Part shown: piece after piece, positions 1-14,279 of the stretch
How positions within the stretch are numbered: position 1 is the first letter of the stretch
Layout: every line of letters starts with the position of its first letter
Assembly (NCBI RefSeq): GCF_963921235.1
Contig: NC_086097.1
Span: forward strand, 33,048,001 to 33,112,000
Length of the DNA stretch: 64,000 nucleotides
From: Mobula hypostoma
Taxonomy: Eukaryota
Direction of reading: 5' to 3'
Notes under the pieces: generated by a model
Database searches by the model: none
Told to the model about the DNA's origin: nothing
What the model saw: the letters and a program-made list of their open reading frames with translations, nothing else
Made by a program: the position numbers and the translations under genes

Positions 1-668
1 CTGTCATGTGCTGGTTGGGAGCCAAGCATCAGATGGTTTGCTTTGAATGCGAGGCTTCAAATTAACTTGCCTCACATGGAGACAAGCTGACCCACTTATT
101 AAAGACTTAACTAACAACCTCTGGCAGGAGGCATTTCTCAGCTCACTGTGAAGCTTGCTTGCTTTGCTGATTCGAGACTCCCTGTGTCCGCCTTCACCAC
201 CACCCCCGCCCCCCGCTCCCTCAGTGAAAACTAAACCTGGCCCAGGGATTTCTCTCCATTTTCTTTAAGCTGTTGCTTCATTTTATAAATTATTTGTGGA
301 TTTCATTTTTAAGTATGTCTGTATTTTATTTTTAAGTATGTCTTTATTTTATTTTTTATATTTTGTATATAATTTGTTTTTGTCTATTGCAGTCCAAGTA
401 CAGGCTGTACCCTTTTACCTCCCACTGCTGCCACCAACCTTTGCGCCATCCACTGTCATTATGAAACAGAGCATTCGATCTTTTCTGTTGCTTGTGGCAT
501 TGCTTTTCTCACTCCCTTGCTCCATTGTAGCTGTAAGTTGTTTAGCCATTCATTTCTCGTTTTGGCTCTTATCAGAAGTATTGTTAACCCTAAAATCGAA
601 TGGATTGGCCTCATCAATTGCTAGATAGCTAGCACCAAATATTAAAAGTATGCTGATTCACAGTTACA

Positions 669-889
669 CAGAGATTCTGCAGATGCTGGAAATCCAGAGC
701 AACCTACATAAAATGTTGGAGGAACTCAGCAAGTCAGGTAGCATCTATAGAGGAAAATAAACAGTCGACATTTCAAGCCAGACTCTTCATCAGGACTGGA
801 AAAGAAAGGAGCAGAAACCAGAAACAGAAGGTGGTGGAGGTGAAGTTACAAGCTGGCAGGTGGTAGATGAGATAAGGTGAGAAGGAAGG
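669..889 (-). mobile_element. Short PLE pseudo-LTR insertion carrying a hammerhead
   Basis: The reverse complement of 762-798 is cagtc-CTGATGA-agagtctggctt-GAAA-tGTC-gactg. The TSD gattca(c/g)agttaca is at 655-668 and 890-903. Confidence 0.85.
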
Positions 890-3849
890 GATTCAGAGTT
901 ACAAAGTACAGAAGCAGACTCTTTGACCCAACTGGCCCATGCCAACCAAGCTGCCCATTGTCCCATTTGTCTGTCTGACCTATATCTAAGTCTTGTCTAA
1001 GTCTTTCCTTTCCATGTTCCTATCCAAATGTCTTAAAATTATTTTAATGTATCTGCTTCAATAAAATTTAAACAGAAAATGCAGTAAACACTCAGCAAGT
1101 CAGGCAGCGTCTATGGAAAGAGAAGTGGAGAAAGAAATAGTGTCCATGTCTCAGATTGAAGATACTGCATCAGAACTGGAAAGAGCAGAAATGCAGGTTG
1201 GAAATTGCAGAGAAGATAGTGAAAGGGGTGGATAGGGCTAAGGGAACATTCGTGACAGGATGAGGTCTAAGTTGCTGTGGGATAAGTTGTAAATTTCCTC
1301 CAGCCAATGGATCATGTTGTCAGTTAAAAGTGATACCACAAAGAAGCAATATGTTGCAAAATGCAGAGTAGTCAGTCTGTGCTAATGAATAAAGCCATAG
1401 AGAGTCAAAGGGCAATGCAGCACAGTTACAGATCCTTCAGCCTAACCAGTCAATGCTGACCACATTGTCTACCCAGGTATTCCCAATTTCTTCCCTCAAC
1501 CTGCCTTACTACAGGGCAGCATTGATTCAATACACCTTTTCCTCATAATACATCCTTTGGCTGGGCAGCACTCCCTCAGTTCTGCCCTCTGACAAAGGGA
1601 CATCCCTGGTCAACCCTTTTCTCATTCATTTTCTCTTTCATGTACTTTCTAATTTTTGTATGATTTATTTTCAGATTGTGATGTGTTTGTTGCCCGCCCT
1701 TAATCTGAATTTGAGAAGGTAACGTTGACCCACTTTGCTGTGGTTCAGTAGTCCTTGTGCTGATGATGAGCATATAGTACTGTTTCAGGTAGGGAGTTTC
1801 TGTATCTAGACCAAGTGACAGAGGGAATAGATTACTTCCCTATTTATCCTCTGGAGCAAGTTTAGCTGCCAATGCCCATGACTTGAATGGTGAGTGCCCC
1901 CTCCCTACCAAGAGGAGATATTTTCAGCAAGGGAATTAGTTTAAACATAGTTCATTTATTTTTAGTGATACATCTTTAAATTTAGATAAAATCTTAAAAC
2001 ACATTTAAAGCTCAAAGGTTTTCTATCTCATAAAAGGCTTCCAAATTCCAAAATGATTTCTAAAACACGAAGGATTTTGAAAACACAGGTACAATTCCTA
2101 TAAGCTAAAAAGACATACCAATGAGTTGTAGACAATCAAGTCGTCCATCGCAGAAATTGAAGGCAGAGGAATTAACCCCATCTTTCTGTCATTCTTCTTA
2201 ATGTTCCTTGATCATTCGTAACAAACCCAACTGCTCTCTTACTTTTATACTGTTTTTCTGCCACTTGGGTAACTTCACACACATGATATTTTTTCAGATA
2301 CCTTTTCACACAGATGGTCGAAACGTTTCTGAGTGCAGAGTTCTCAAACATCAAAAATTCATGCTGTGAATGCTGACTCTTTGAGTACACAAATCTTCCA
2401 ACTATTGATAGATTAGCTATTTGATGTGCTAAGTGATAGTATCAATCTGGTCTGCAAGATTCCTTGAACTAAGTAACTTAACCAGTGTTGTCTGGGTTGA
2501 TACAGACCAAATAACATAACCCATTGTCTTACATTGCATTTCTTGAGCAACCAGCTCCGTGCTATGGGCCAGCAATCTGTGCTCTATAGACTGTGCTGTT
2601 TGTTTGCAAAGCTGTCCTTATAACTTAAGACTTTTTTGCTTGCCAGTTAAATTAATAACTGAAGACTATCTGCCGTTTGCAACAAGAAGCTGAACAAAGA
2701 ATATTGGTTGGAAGTTTAACTTGCTCAAAAACAACTCTTTAATCTTTAGAAGTATCAGCTGTTATGTTAGAAAGCTGAGCTTAGCAAAAAGATCCCTTGG
2801 TCCTGGCAGTGAATATCCATCACAACATATTTCAAGATGCAATGAAAAGCTTGTCTTGCATACTGTTCCTACAGATCAAATCATTACACCGTGCATTGAC
2901 CTGGAATAAGATAAAACAATAACATGCAGAATAAAGTGTAAAAGCTACCAAAAGAGTACAGTGCAGGTAAGCAATAAATTTCACAAGCATAACAAGGTAG
3001 ATTGTGAGGCTGAGAGTCTCAAAAGAAGTGAGTAGGGGCAGTGAGAACATACTGAGTACCACAGGTTGTGGGGTAATTAGCCACTTAGCAAGGGGCAATG
3101 AAAAAGAGGTTCAACTTAAGCAGAGCAACTATTGTGGGAGCGGCCTTTGTTTAAGGGGCCTGAGTAGAGTCAGATATGAGGCCTAGGTGAGAAGGGGCAA
3201 AGACTGTAGATTTGGAGTTCCCAACCTAGGTCGATGGAACCCTTGGTTAATGGTAAGGCTGCATGGCTAAAAAAAGGTTGGGAACCCCTTATGTAGATAG
3301 ATTTTGGGCAATTTACTTATGTAAGAATCTCTTAAATGTCCCTCATGTATCTGCCCCTACTTCCACCATGGCAGTACATTCCACGCACCCACCACTCTGT
3401 GTAAAGAAAAAAAAAATCCACCACAGACATTCCCTTACTTTCCTCTAATCACCTTAAAGTTATGACCCTTCTGTTAGCCATTTCTGCCCTGGAGACATTT
3501 TCCAAGGTATCCAAGCTATGCTGTATCATTATTAAATTTTGAGTATAGTTATAGCTCAGTAACTCACAGCAGTTTGGAGCTTCAAGCAATACCCAGTCAG
3601 AGGTATTGGAAACCAGAGGAGATGTAGTTCACTCAGGTTTGCCGACTGAGTAGAAAAGTCAGCGATTCATAGCTGTTTGGAGCTTTGAGCAGTGGCCAAT
3701 CAGCATTCAGAATTAATTGGCATGAACACATTAAAGTAAGGCAGGTGAAAACAGAGCAGCCATTGTCAAAGTGGCTGTTATTAGAGTGGACAGAGTTAGT
3801 GGGGATATTTGGGCTTTAGTTTTTTGATGCTTCAGTTAGAGAAGGCAAA

Positions 3850-5830
3850 AAACTGTAGGTATAGTTACCCTCTCTCCCCCCCCACCCCAGTTTATTGTTC
3901 TTTCTTCTTTATATTTGGTCAGCTAGAACAGTAGAGATCCAGGCAGGATAGTGGGATGCTCCTGTTGTGGGAGGTGGGAAGACAGGGAGACCCAGTGTCC
4001 CCGATGACGACATCTGCATGAAGTGTATCCAACTGCAGCTTCTTACAATCTGTTAAGGAATTGGAGCTGGAACTGGATGGACTCTGGATCATTCAGGAGT
4101 CTGAGTGGTTGAATATCAAGCAATACAGGGGACACTGATTACTGGGAGACAATCAGGAAGAGGAAAGGGCATGGGCAGCCTGTGCAGGATCCCCTCAATT
4201 ACTGCTTTGGATGCTGTTGGGAGGGGAGGTATCTTAGCAGTGAAAAGCCACAGTAGTCAGGTCTTAGCACTGTCTGGTTCTGGCTCAGAAGGATAAGCAG
4301 TACGTGAGGCGAGCTGTAGTGATGGGGACTCAGTGGTTAGGGGAACAGACAGGAGGTTCTGTGAATGAGATGAGATTCCCAGATGGTGTGTTACCTTCCT
4401 GGTGCCAGGATCAGGGATGTCTTGGATTGAGTCCATAGCATTCTTAAGTGGAAAGATGAGCAGCAAGAGGTTGTAGTCCACCTCGTTACCAATGATATGG
4501 GTAGAAAGGATCACAAGGTCCTACAAAGTTCAGCAAGTTGAGTGCAAAGTTAAAGGACAGGATCTCCAGAGTTGGGATCTTGGGATTACTAGCCATACTA
4601 TGTGCTAGTAAGGCCAGAAATAGGAAGATAATACTGTTTAACATGTGTCTAAGGCAATGGTGCAGGAAGGAGGTCTTCAGATTTTTGGATCCTTGGGCTT
4701 TCCTCCAGGGAAGGTGGGACCTATACAGGTGGGATGGCTTTCACCTGAACTGGAGGGGGACTAATATCACTGTTAGGAATATTTGCTGGTGCTGCATAGG
4801 GGTGAGGGGTGGATTAAACTGGAATTGCAGGGGGATGAAAGCAGAGCGTAGAGCAGATAGTGGAGTGGTATTGGGAAAAGATGTGGTTAAGCCTGCATAC
4901 AAAGACAGGAGTCTAGAGGTTGAGCTTGGTGTGATTAATATTCTAAGGTGCACCTATTTCAATGCGAGGAAATTAATAAGAAGGGCGGTTGAGATTAGAA
5001 CATGGATCAGCACGTGGAATTAGGACATTGAAGCCATTAATGAGATGGTTGCGTGTGGGCAAGACTGGCAGCTGAATGTTCCGGGCTTCAGTTGTTTTAG
5101 ATGTGATAGAGTAAAAGGAATTAAAGGGGGAGGGGTGATGTCATTAGTCAGGGAAAATGTCACAGCAGTGCTCAGACAAGAAAGGTTGGAGAGTTTGTCC
5201 ACTGAGGCTATATGGGTGGAGCTGCAGAATAAGAAAAGGATGACCACTAAATAGGATTATATTATAGACTACCGAACAGTCTGCGGGATTTAGAGAAACA
5301 AATTTGTAAGGAGATTGCAAGCAGTTGCAAGAAATATAAGGTTGTGATAGTGGCTCTATGACTATGACACAAAATTTGGCAGAGTTATGGATAGTGAGGG
5401 AGGTTATCAAAGTAGGGTATAGACCAGTTGGAAATGTGGGCAGAAAAATAACAGATGGAATTTAATCTGGACAAGTGTGAGGTGTTGCACTTTGGAAGGT
5501 CAAATGTAAGAGGAAGGCAGAGGGTAAATGGCAGGACCCTGAAGAAACATAGATAAGGTGGATAGTCAGAATTTCTTTTTCCATGGTATGAATATCAAAA
5601 CCATGAGGGCCAAAGTTTAAGGTGAAAGGAAGGAGTTTTAAAAGCAATCTGAGGGTAAGTTTATCTTTACACAGAGAGTGGTTGATATCTAGAACATGTT
5701 ACCAATACTTAGAATAGGCAAGACAAGAACAGATACGGATTATGCAATTAAATGGAATTAGTGTGGAGGGGTATAAAGTTTGTTGCGGAATTGGGTGAGA
5801 TGTAAAAATCAGTACTGTATTATTCCATGA
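3850..5830 (+). mobile_element. CR1 LINE: ORF1 (Cys motif plus SGNH esterase) and ORF2 APE start, internally deleted to the 3' end
   Basis: GCSCCGRW..ICMKCIQLQLL near 3955-4045, VVMGDSVVRG at about 4316, DGFHLN, YFNAR and RCDR..GGGV. Boundaries are approximate. Confidence 0.85.
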
Positions 5831-8739
5831 CTGCTGTTGTGGAGTAAATATATGATAGAAATAAAACTTTACTCAAGATGGTGAACCTTGGAGGGCTATG
5901 AAGGCCAATTCACTGGATACATTTGGCAGATTGTTAGATCCAAAAACATAGTGGGGAGGGAGTGAGACGTATTGAGATAGAGCATGAGCCATGACCACAT
6001 TAAATGTGCAAGTAGACACGATTGGCCAAATGCACTTTTATTTTCCTATTGGTTCTGCTTCAAGGACAGCCTAGGTTGAGGACTTAAATGTATGAAGAAA
6101 GATGGGGGAAGTGGTAGAGAAGATGATTGATGCTGAGACTGCAGTATTAAAGAGAGAGGATAAAATGAGGGGAAACCCCAATAGAGACCTGGGAGTAGAA
6201 TTAAGCAATAGAAAAGTATCTAAGATGGGTGGAAGTTCAGTATTTGCCTCCTGGTAATATCTGTGAATGGACAGAAGACACAGCTGAAGAGATAAGACCA
6301 GCAAAAGCAGGGTAGTTTCAACAGGGGATTTTAACTTCTACATGAAAAGACTGAGATGAGATGAGATGTCCTCACTCAGCAGATGGTGAAACTGTGGAAT
6401 TCTCTATCACAAGTTACTGAATGAATTTAAGGAGATGGATAAATTTCTAGGCACAACAAGCGTCAAGGGTTATGAGACAATTTGTAAGAGGAAACCGATT
6501 TGTATTGGTTTGTTAAGTGGCTACAAGTAAATAAGCCCTGGTGTAGATGGGTGGAAAGACAGTTGAAAACATTAATATACATGGACAAGAGAATTAACTA
6601 CGGAGGAATAAATAGGGCATGGAACTATGGTAACCTGCTAGGTGATGGCAGGTATGCTAGCAATTTTTATGAAGCATTTAAACAGGCGCAAGAATGGACA
6701 GGGAATGGAGGGACATACAGTAAACCATACACAGGCAGATGGGATTAGTTTAGATTGACATCATGGTTGGCAGAGACATGGACCATAGAATCTGTTCTTG
6801 AGCTGTACTGTTCTGTGAATATTTTGAAAGACTCAATGGGTCAAATGTCCTTTCCTTTTAAAAATATACTATATTAAATTGTTAGAACATCTGGTATGTA
6901 AGATAATCATGTAATTAATCCTTGAAAGATGTTGAATTTTTGAAGTGTGTTCAGGACAATTTTTTGTATTGATATATCGTGGAGCCAATAATCATCAGGT
7001 CATACTAGATTTAGTAATAAGTAACAAGACAGATTTGTTTAATAGCTCTGCCATCCTTGAAGTTTATCTAAGAGCAGTCACGGTGTGATTGACCTCACTG
7101 TGGTGTTTGAAAAGAGGAGATGTGAAACATTTACTCAGGTTCATAATCTTGTTATGCTGAATTTTAGTTGATGACAGAGATCTTGCACACTAAACTTGAT
7201 AGATTGTTTAATGGGAAAAGTGAAAGAAGATAAGTGGGAGTTCAAAAAATACCATGGTACAGAAACAATTTATATCTCAAGAGGAAAATCACCTGAACTG
7301 GAGTTGAGCAAGCTGTCACTAAGCCCAAGCTGACTCACAAACCCACTATGGCAGGCTGTGAAAGTGAATTTATTGCATCTGCTGATTTATAGCTGGCACC
7401 AGAAGTAATGGTGAAAACTGCCAGATTGTAATAAAAGGTCAAAGGGGTTGTCTGTCCTTCTGGGAAGGCAGCCTATCATTCTCATCTGGCCTGGTCTTCA
7501 AGTGAGTCTAGTCCCATACTGTGTAGCATACTTTGATAGTCTCTGACAAAGAAGGCCTTTGCGATGTGGTCTTGCCATAGACATCCACGCCCTGAGAACA
7601 AATTAAAGAGATGCTTTGGGGAGTAATGAAAGAGAAGGGCTAGGTCTAAGCTGTAAGTGGAATTGCATGCTGTTTAACGAGTGTTAAACAGAACTACAAC
7701 AGGCATCCTCCCAAAGCCAATAAACCCACTGCTCAGCAAAGGGTGATTATGACTAAGGCAAAACGTTCTGGTCGACAAGGGATGGGTGGATCTATCAGAG
7801 ATTGTATCAGATACAATCCTTATTCTTATCTTGAAGTGGAGGGAAACCAGGCAGTATAGAAATACCTGAAGGTGACCGAGTGATGGCATGTACATGCATG
7901 CCTGCGTATTTGTGCTGAACAATCCAAACCATATTTTTCATGAAAGCATTGCAGCACAGGAGCCAATTCTATGTGATTTATACTACCAGGAGAATGTAGC
8001 CAGCTCGAGCTGTTTTCAGCTTGTGATCTCAGTAAGTTGTGAGATCATACCTACTTTCCCAGTACAAAGGCTATCAGGGCTACTCCAGTTATTGTGTTCC
8101 CCATTCCACTGCAGCAGAGAAGCTGAGCTGTGCCAGCAAGAACAAAAGTTATAAGGGAACTGCATGCCTTGCTGTAGAAAGCACAGGTTATTATGTGTTT
8201 TCAGCACCAGAGCTGGCTGTTTTGCTTTCATGTCTGCTCAGAAATTTAATTTTAAGAATAATCTGCAAAATTTATCTAAGCTCCTTATCTTTTGAACACA
8301 AGATTCAAAAGATTTGCTCCTCTAAACAAATTCTGCTCCTATATCTTATGGCCGTTTGTCTTATGGACATAGGAGCAGAATTAGGCCATTCGGCCCATTG
8401 AGTCTGCTTTGCCATAGCTAATTTATTATCCCTCTCAACCCTGTATTCCTGCCTTCTCCACGTAACCTTTGACATCCTTACTAGTCAAGAACCTATCAAC
8501 ATGTGCTTTAAACATACGCCATCTGAGGCAATGAATTCCACAGATTCATCACCCTCTGGTTAAAGAAATTCCTCGATCTCTGTTCTAAAGGGACATCCTT
8601 CTTTTCTGAGACTGTGCCTTTTGGTCTGTGACTCTCAATTGTGGTATCCTTGCTAGACAAGAATTAATTGGCGATAATAAAAAAAAACCTGCAGATGCAG
8701 AAAATCTGACATTAAAAACCATAAGATATATGCAAAGGG

Positions 8740-9645
8740 ATTGCAAGGGACAAAATTGGTCTTCTGGAAGACCAGAATGGTAATCTATGTGTGAAGCCAA
8801 AGCACATAGAAGAGACCTTAAATGCATTATTTGCACCTGTATTTACTTGCAAGACAGATACAGAGTCTATAGAAGTGAAGCAAAGCAGCATTAACTTTAT
8901 GGACCCTGTACGGTTTGCAGAGAAGGAGGTGTTTGCTACCCTGAAGCAAATCAGGGTGGATAAATCCACAGGGCCTGACAAGGTATTCCCTCAGACCCGA
9001 TGGGAGGCAAGTGCAGAAATTGCTGGGGCTCTAGAGAGATATTAAAAACATCCTTAGTAACAGGAGAGGTACCAGAGAATTGGAGGATAGCCAATGTTGT
9101 TTCGCTGTTTTAAAAAAGCCCTAAACAGAAACCAGGATGGTGAGTCTGACATCAGTTGTAAGAAAGTTATTGGAAGATATTGTAAGGGACCAGATATATA
9201 TGTATTTGAGTGGACATGTAATTCATTAGGGATCCTCAGCATGGCTTTGTGTGGAGCACGTCATGTCTAACCAATCTTAGAGAGTTTTTTGAGGAAGTTA
9301 CCAGGAAAGTTAATGATAGCAAGGCAGTAGACATTATCTACATGGACTTTAGCAAGACATTTGACCAGGCCCTGTGTGGGAGGCTGGTCAAGAAGGTTCA
9401 GTTGCTTGGCATTCAGGATGAGGTAATAAATTGGATTAGACATTGGCCTTGTGGGAGAAGCCAGAGAGTGGTAGTAGATGGTTGCCTCTCTGACTGGAGG
9501 CCTGTGTGTTAGTGGTGTGCTGTGTGGATCAGTGTTGGGTCCTTTGTTGTTTGTCATCTGTATCAATGATCTGGATGATAATGTGGTTAACTGGATCAGC
9601 AAATTTGTGGATGACACCAATATTGGGGGTGCAGTGGACAGTGGG
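8740..9645 (+). mobile_element. CR1 ORF2 RT fragment
   Basis: KSTGPD, SCLTNLREFFEEVT, YMDFSKTFD, GSVLGP and FVDDT motifs, with frameshifts. Confidence 0.88.
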
Positions 9646-9678
9646 TGAAGAGAGATGGTAAATATTTCTTATGGTCTT

Positions 9679-9775
9679 ACAGTCCAAATGAAGAGTCTTA
9701 GTCTGAAATGTTGACTGTGTACTCTTTTCCATAGCCTGGCCTGCTGAGTTCCTCCAGCATTTTGTGTCTGTTGAT
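9679..9775 (+). mobile_element. Short decayed HHR-only PLE derivative
   Basis: cagtccaaatgaagagtcttagtctgaaatgttgactg...ctgctgagttcctccagcattttgtgt. The ribozyme core is mutated. Confidence 0.75.
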
Positions 9776-10159
9776 TGAAGGGAAAACAGTAATGTAACAC
9801 TGGCAATTTGTGATGAATAGATGAAGGGAGAGTACAACACCAAAGAGGGATGCCCAAGTGGATTGGGAGAAAGAGTAATCAGTTTGGAAATGAGAATTCC
9901 TGGCCACAAAAAATGGCCATGGGGGCAGAGGCAAAAGAAGAGTTCAACATCGTTTCAGGCCAGGTCCTCATTAAGCTGCAGGTGTAGTGGTACACAGCTG
10001 AAGCTTCTACTGAGCACAGTCAGAAATGGTGAAAGGTTAGCAAGGGATTTGTGCTGGAAGTGGATGTGTGGTCCGAGAAACGTGAATGGGGAGGAGGCCC
10101 AGGAAAGGTACTGGAACTTGAGAGCTGGGTGTGTTTGTGGACTTTTATGTAAGAAACTC

Positions 10160-10530
10160 AAAGTTCAAAGTAAATTTATTATTTAAATACACATATGTTC
10201 AGCCCTGAGATTCTTTTACTTGCGGGCATACACAGGAAATCTAAGAAATGCAATAGAATCAATTAAAGACTGCACCTAACAGGGCAGACAAATAACTAAT
10301 GGGCAAAGGGCAACAAACTGTGCAAATATGAAAGACAAAAAAAAACAATGAATGTCAAGAATGTAAGTTGACGAGTTCTTGAAATTGAGTCCATAGGTTG
10401 TGGGAACAGTTCAGTGATGGGGTGAGTGAAGTTATCCCCTCTGGTTCAAGAGCCTGATCTTTGAGAGGTAGTAACTGTCCCTGAATCTGGTGGTGTGGGT
10501 CCTGAGGCTCCTGTGCCTTCTTCCTGATAG
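10160..10530 (-). mobile_element. Rex1/Babar 3' tail fragment; similar pieces at about 15685-16145 and 61915-62060
   Basis: The aagttcaaagtaaatttatt tail and cctgaatctggtggtgtgggtcctgaggctcc are shared with the other Rex copies. Confidence 0.7.
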
Positions 10531-11374
10531 CAAATTGGTGAAAGTGTGCAGGTCCCCTGCAAGTTCAAACCATCCAGAGGGAGGTGTAGTGCATAATATT
10601 GAATACAGAGCTCTTTATGTTGTCTGGCCAAGACTCTGCGTGACTGAAGCATGACTTCATCCTCACAGGAGTTCAACCCTCCCTGAGATAAGAGCCACAT
10701 GTAGTGTGCCTTTTGATTGCTTTTTGTGCTGTGGAATGTTGTGTACGGGGACAAATATCACCTTTTTCCTCAAGAGTTCACAGCTTCTCACCAGTACTTA
10801 CGTAGCTTCAAAGTAGATAACCTCACACTTCCTTTTGCAGAACTCCATCTGTCACCATTTGGCCCTTTGGCCAATCTGTGTTTTGATAAGATTCCTGCTT
10901 CCATCTGCATAAACTGCTGAGAGGATAAGATATGATTAGCTTTATTTGTTAAATGTACAGTAAATTGAAACACTGATGTGTCAGTAAACAACACAATCCA
11001 AGGATGTGTGGTGGAGACAGAGTACAAGTGTAGCCATGCTTCCAGTGCCAACATAATATGCCCACAACTTACTCGCCCTAACCTATATGTCTTTGGAATG
11101 TGGGAGGAAACCAGAGCACTCAGAGGAAATCCACAGAGCTACAGAGAGAACATACAAACTCCTTACAGACAGTGAAGCGTATTCAAGTTCAAGTTTATTA
11201 TCATTCAGCCGTACACATGTGTACCACCAAATGAGACAATGTTCCTCTGGGCCAAGGTGCACAACTCAGTACGTATAACTCACACATATAACGCATTAAG
11301 TAGTATTACTGCAAATAAATTTACAAATAATAAAGTGCATATATAATACAAGTTTAAAAAGTAAACAGTATAAC

Positions 11375-12672
11375 ACAAACAAGAGAAAATCTGCAGATTC
11401 TGGAAATCTGAGCAACACACACAAAATGCTGGAGGTACAGTCGATACTTTGGGCCAAAACCCTTTGGCAGGACTGGAGAAAAAAAGCTGAGGAGTAGATT
11501 TAAAAGGTTGGGGGAGGAGAGGGAGAACCTGGAGGGGAGGGATGAAGTAAAGATCTGGGATGTTGATTGGTAAGATGAGGTAAGAGAGGGAAAAGGGGAT
11601 GGGAAATGGAGAAGGAGGGGGAAGTGGCATTACTGGAAGTTTGAGAAATCAATGTTCATGCCATCAGGTTAGAGGCTACCCAAACGGAATATAATGTGGT
11701 GTTACTCCAACCTAAGTGTGGCCTCATCATGACATTGGAGGAGGCCGTGGATGGACATATCGGCATGGGAATGGGAAGAGGAATTAAAATGGGTGGTCAC
11801 TGGGAGATCCCGCTTGTTCTGGCGGATGGAGCATAGATGCTTGACGAAGCAGTCTCCCAATCTACGTCGGGTCTTGCTGATATACAGGAGGCCTCACCGG
11901 GAGCACCAAATACAGTAAATGACCTAACAGGCTCACAGGTGAAGTGTTGCCTCACCTGGAAGGACTGTTTAGGGCCCTGGATGGTAGTGAGGGAGGAGGT
12001 CTAGGAGCAGGTGTAGCACTTGTTCTGCTTGCAAAGATAAGTGCCAGGAGGGAGATCATTGGGGAGGGACGAATGGACAAGGGAGTTGGGTAGGAAGCAA
12101 TCCCTGCAGAAAGCAGAAAGCGGGTGGAGGGAAAGATGAGCTTGCTAGTGGGATCCTGCTGGAGATGGCAGAAGTTGCGGAGAATTATGTGCTGGGCGCG
12201 GAGGCTGGTGGGGTGGTAGGTGAGGACAAGAGGAATCCTATCCCTGGTAGGGTGGCGGGAGGATGGGGTGAGAGCAGACGTGCATGAAATGGAAGAGATG
12301 CAGATTTGATGATGGAAAAAGGGAAGTCCCTTTCTTTAAAAAACGGAGGCATCTCCATTGTTCTAGAATGGGAGGTCTCATCCTAAGAGCAGATGCAGCA
12401 GAGATGGAGGAATTGAGAAAGGGGGTGGTGTTTTTACAAGTAGTAGGGTGGGACAAAGTATAGTCTAGGTATCTGTGAGAGTCCATGGGTTTGTAATAGA
12501 TATCAGTGGATAAGCTGTGTCTGGAGATAGAGACGGTATGATCGAGAAAGGGAAGGGAGGTGTTGGAAATGGACCAGGTGAATTTGAGGGCAGGGTGGAA
12601 GTTGGAGACAAAGTGGGTGAAGTCGACGAGTTCAGCACGGGTGCAAAAAGCAGCACCAATGCAGTCGTTGAT
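11375..12672 (-). mobile_element. Older, degraded Penelope-like element (RT C-terminus, GIY-YIG, pseudo-LTR)
   Basis: Minus-strand ORF 12238-12741 contains INDCIGAAFCTRAELVDF...LKFTWSIS...YYKPMDSH, homologous to copies 1 and 2. A variant HHR lies at 11438-11476. Confidence 0.9.
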
Positions 12673-14279
12673 GACACTACTGGTGCTTCTTATGTGATGA
12701 GACCTGGGTAGTGGCCATTGTTTTATGTAGCAGCATGACATGTCTGATTTTGTATTTTATGCCCCTTTATGAATCTTATGTTTTCGTATACTTTTATAAT
12801 CTCCATTTAGTCTATATTGTCTCCACTTTCTGCCACAGCTTATCACTGCTCATTTTACTGTATGAAATTTCATCTGCAACTGGTCTGCTCATTTAGCCAG
12901 TTTCCCCTGACATCCTGGGCTTTGTGTTATCTGCAAATTTGGAAAATTAGCCCTGTACACTCATGTCCAAGTAAAGATATGATTGTGAGGAACATCACTA
13001 TCCACCATAGTCTTTCTCAAAAGCAGCCATTTCTGAAAAGAAACCTTCTCTGCTTTCTACCTTTTTGGCTTACTGCTTCTGCCCCTTTATTTTCTTGAGC
13101 CTCAGTTTTGCTGAACAGCCTTTCGTGGTGGACTTCAAACTCATGTGGAAGATACCTTTAGCATACCCTTTACCAAGCTTCTCTCTTCTGAAGCTTGCCC
13201 ACGTTATTCGTTGACCTCATTGACCTGTAGTTCCTGGTATGTGCATGCACCCGTTTTGAACAGAGTGGTACATCTAAAGTTGAACTTCCACATGATTCTA
13301 TAAATTAGCAAAGGCCAACTTCAGTCTATGGGAAGTGATCTATCCATGAGGATGTGTAGTTAATTAATGTCAGGTAATGGATGGGTGAGTGACTTTTAAT
13401 GCTTCAGGTATAGACAGATAAGGACTTCTCCAGAAAAATGCAGTACCACCCCTTCAACAAACTCCATCCCAGCTCCCCTCAACAAACCAAGATACATTCC
13501 ATCCAAGGTTATTTGTTTAAGCATAGCCAACCTTCTTAGTAACTCCTCCTTATTTAGAATCATAGTACAGAAACAGGCCCTTTGGCCCATCAAGTCCGCG
13601 CTGAACTATTATTCCGCAAATTTATGTTCACACTGCCTATTATGTCCCTTTTAACTTTCACAGGGTCCTGCGAAGACCTTCACAAAATGCTGAGTTATGC
13701 CTTCTGACTTATGTGTTGATCACCTTTATTTTTAATTGAACCCACTTATTCTCTTGTTTACTTGGCTACAGAAGATTCTTGAATTCTACTATTGTGTTAT
13801 CACATTCATTCCTTATTCACATTCACATCACATTCTATTTGCCTTCTCCTTTCCTCCTAGAATATAATATTCAGCTTGATTCTGACAACTTGTTCATGCA
13901 GCATGTCTAAAACATTGCTTTTTTCTTCCTTACCTCCTCTCCCATTCAGGGAGCTTTTACCCTCATTCCCTTATCTTTCCCATGCTCCTCTGTACCTGAA
14001 AGGTTGTTCAATGTTCAAGACTTGCTTTGACAGAAGCATTTTGACTTTAGAATCCTCTGCGACAATCTGGCAATTATTTATTTAATGGAGCCTTTTTTTA
14101 ATCATACAAAAGTAACTTGTCTTTTATCTCTCCCCCACCACCACATATCATCAAGCTTAAATTCCAGCTCCTGCATTTACAAGTTCCACCCTTTTGCTCT
14201 GTTAGCCAAAATAATATGTATTTATTACTCCCAAATTCCCAAGTTGTGAGTCAGCCTTAGTTGACAGTAATTATCAGAT

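Noticed and set aside
296..628. 110-aa hydrophobic ORF resembling a membrane protein
   Set aside because: It has a GTG start, derives from T-rich low-complexity intronic sequence, and shows no recognisable family or splice support.
1071..1185. Additional HHR-like remnants (also about 55535-55640)
   Set aside because: They are recognisable as old pseudo-LTR relatives, but the cores are too decayed to call ribozymes.
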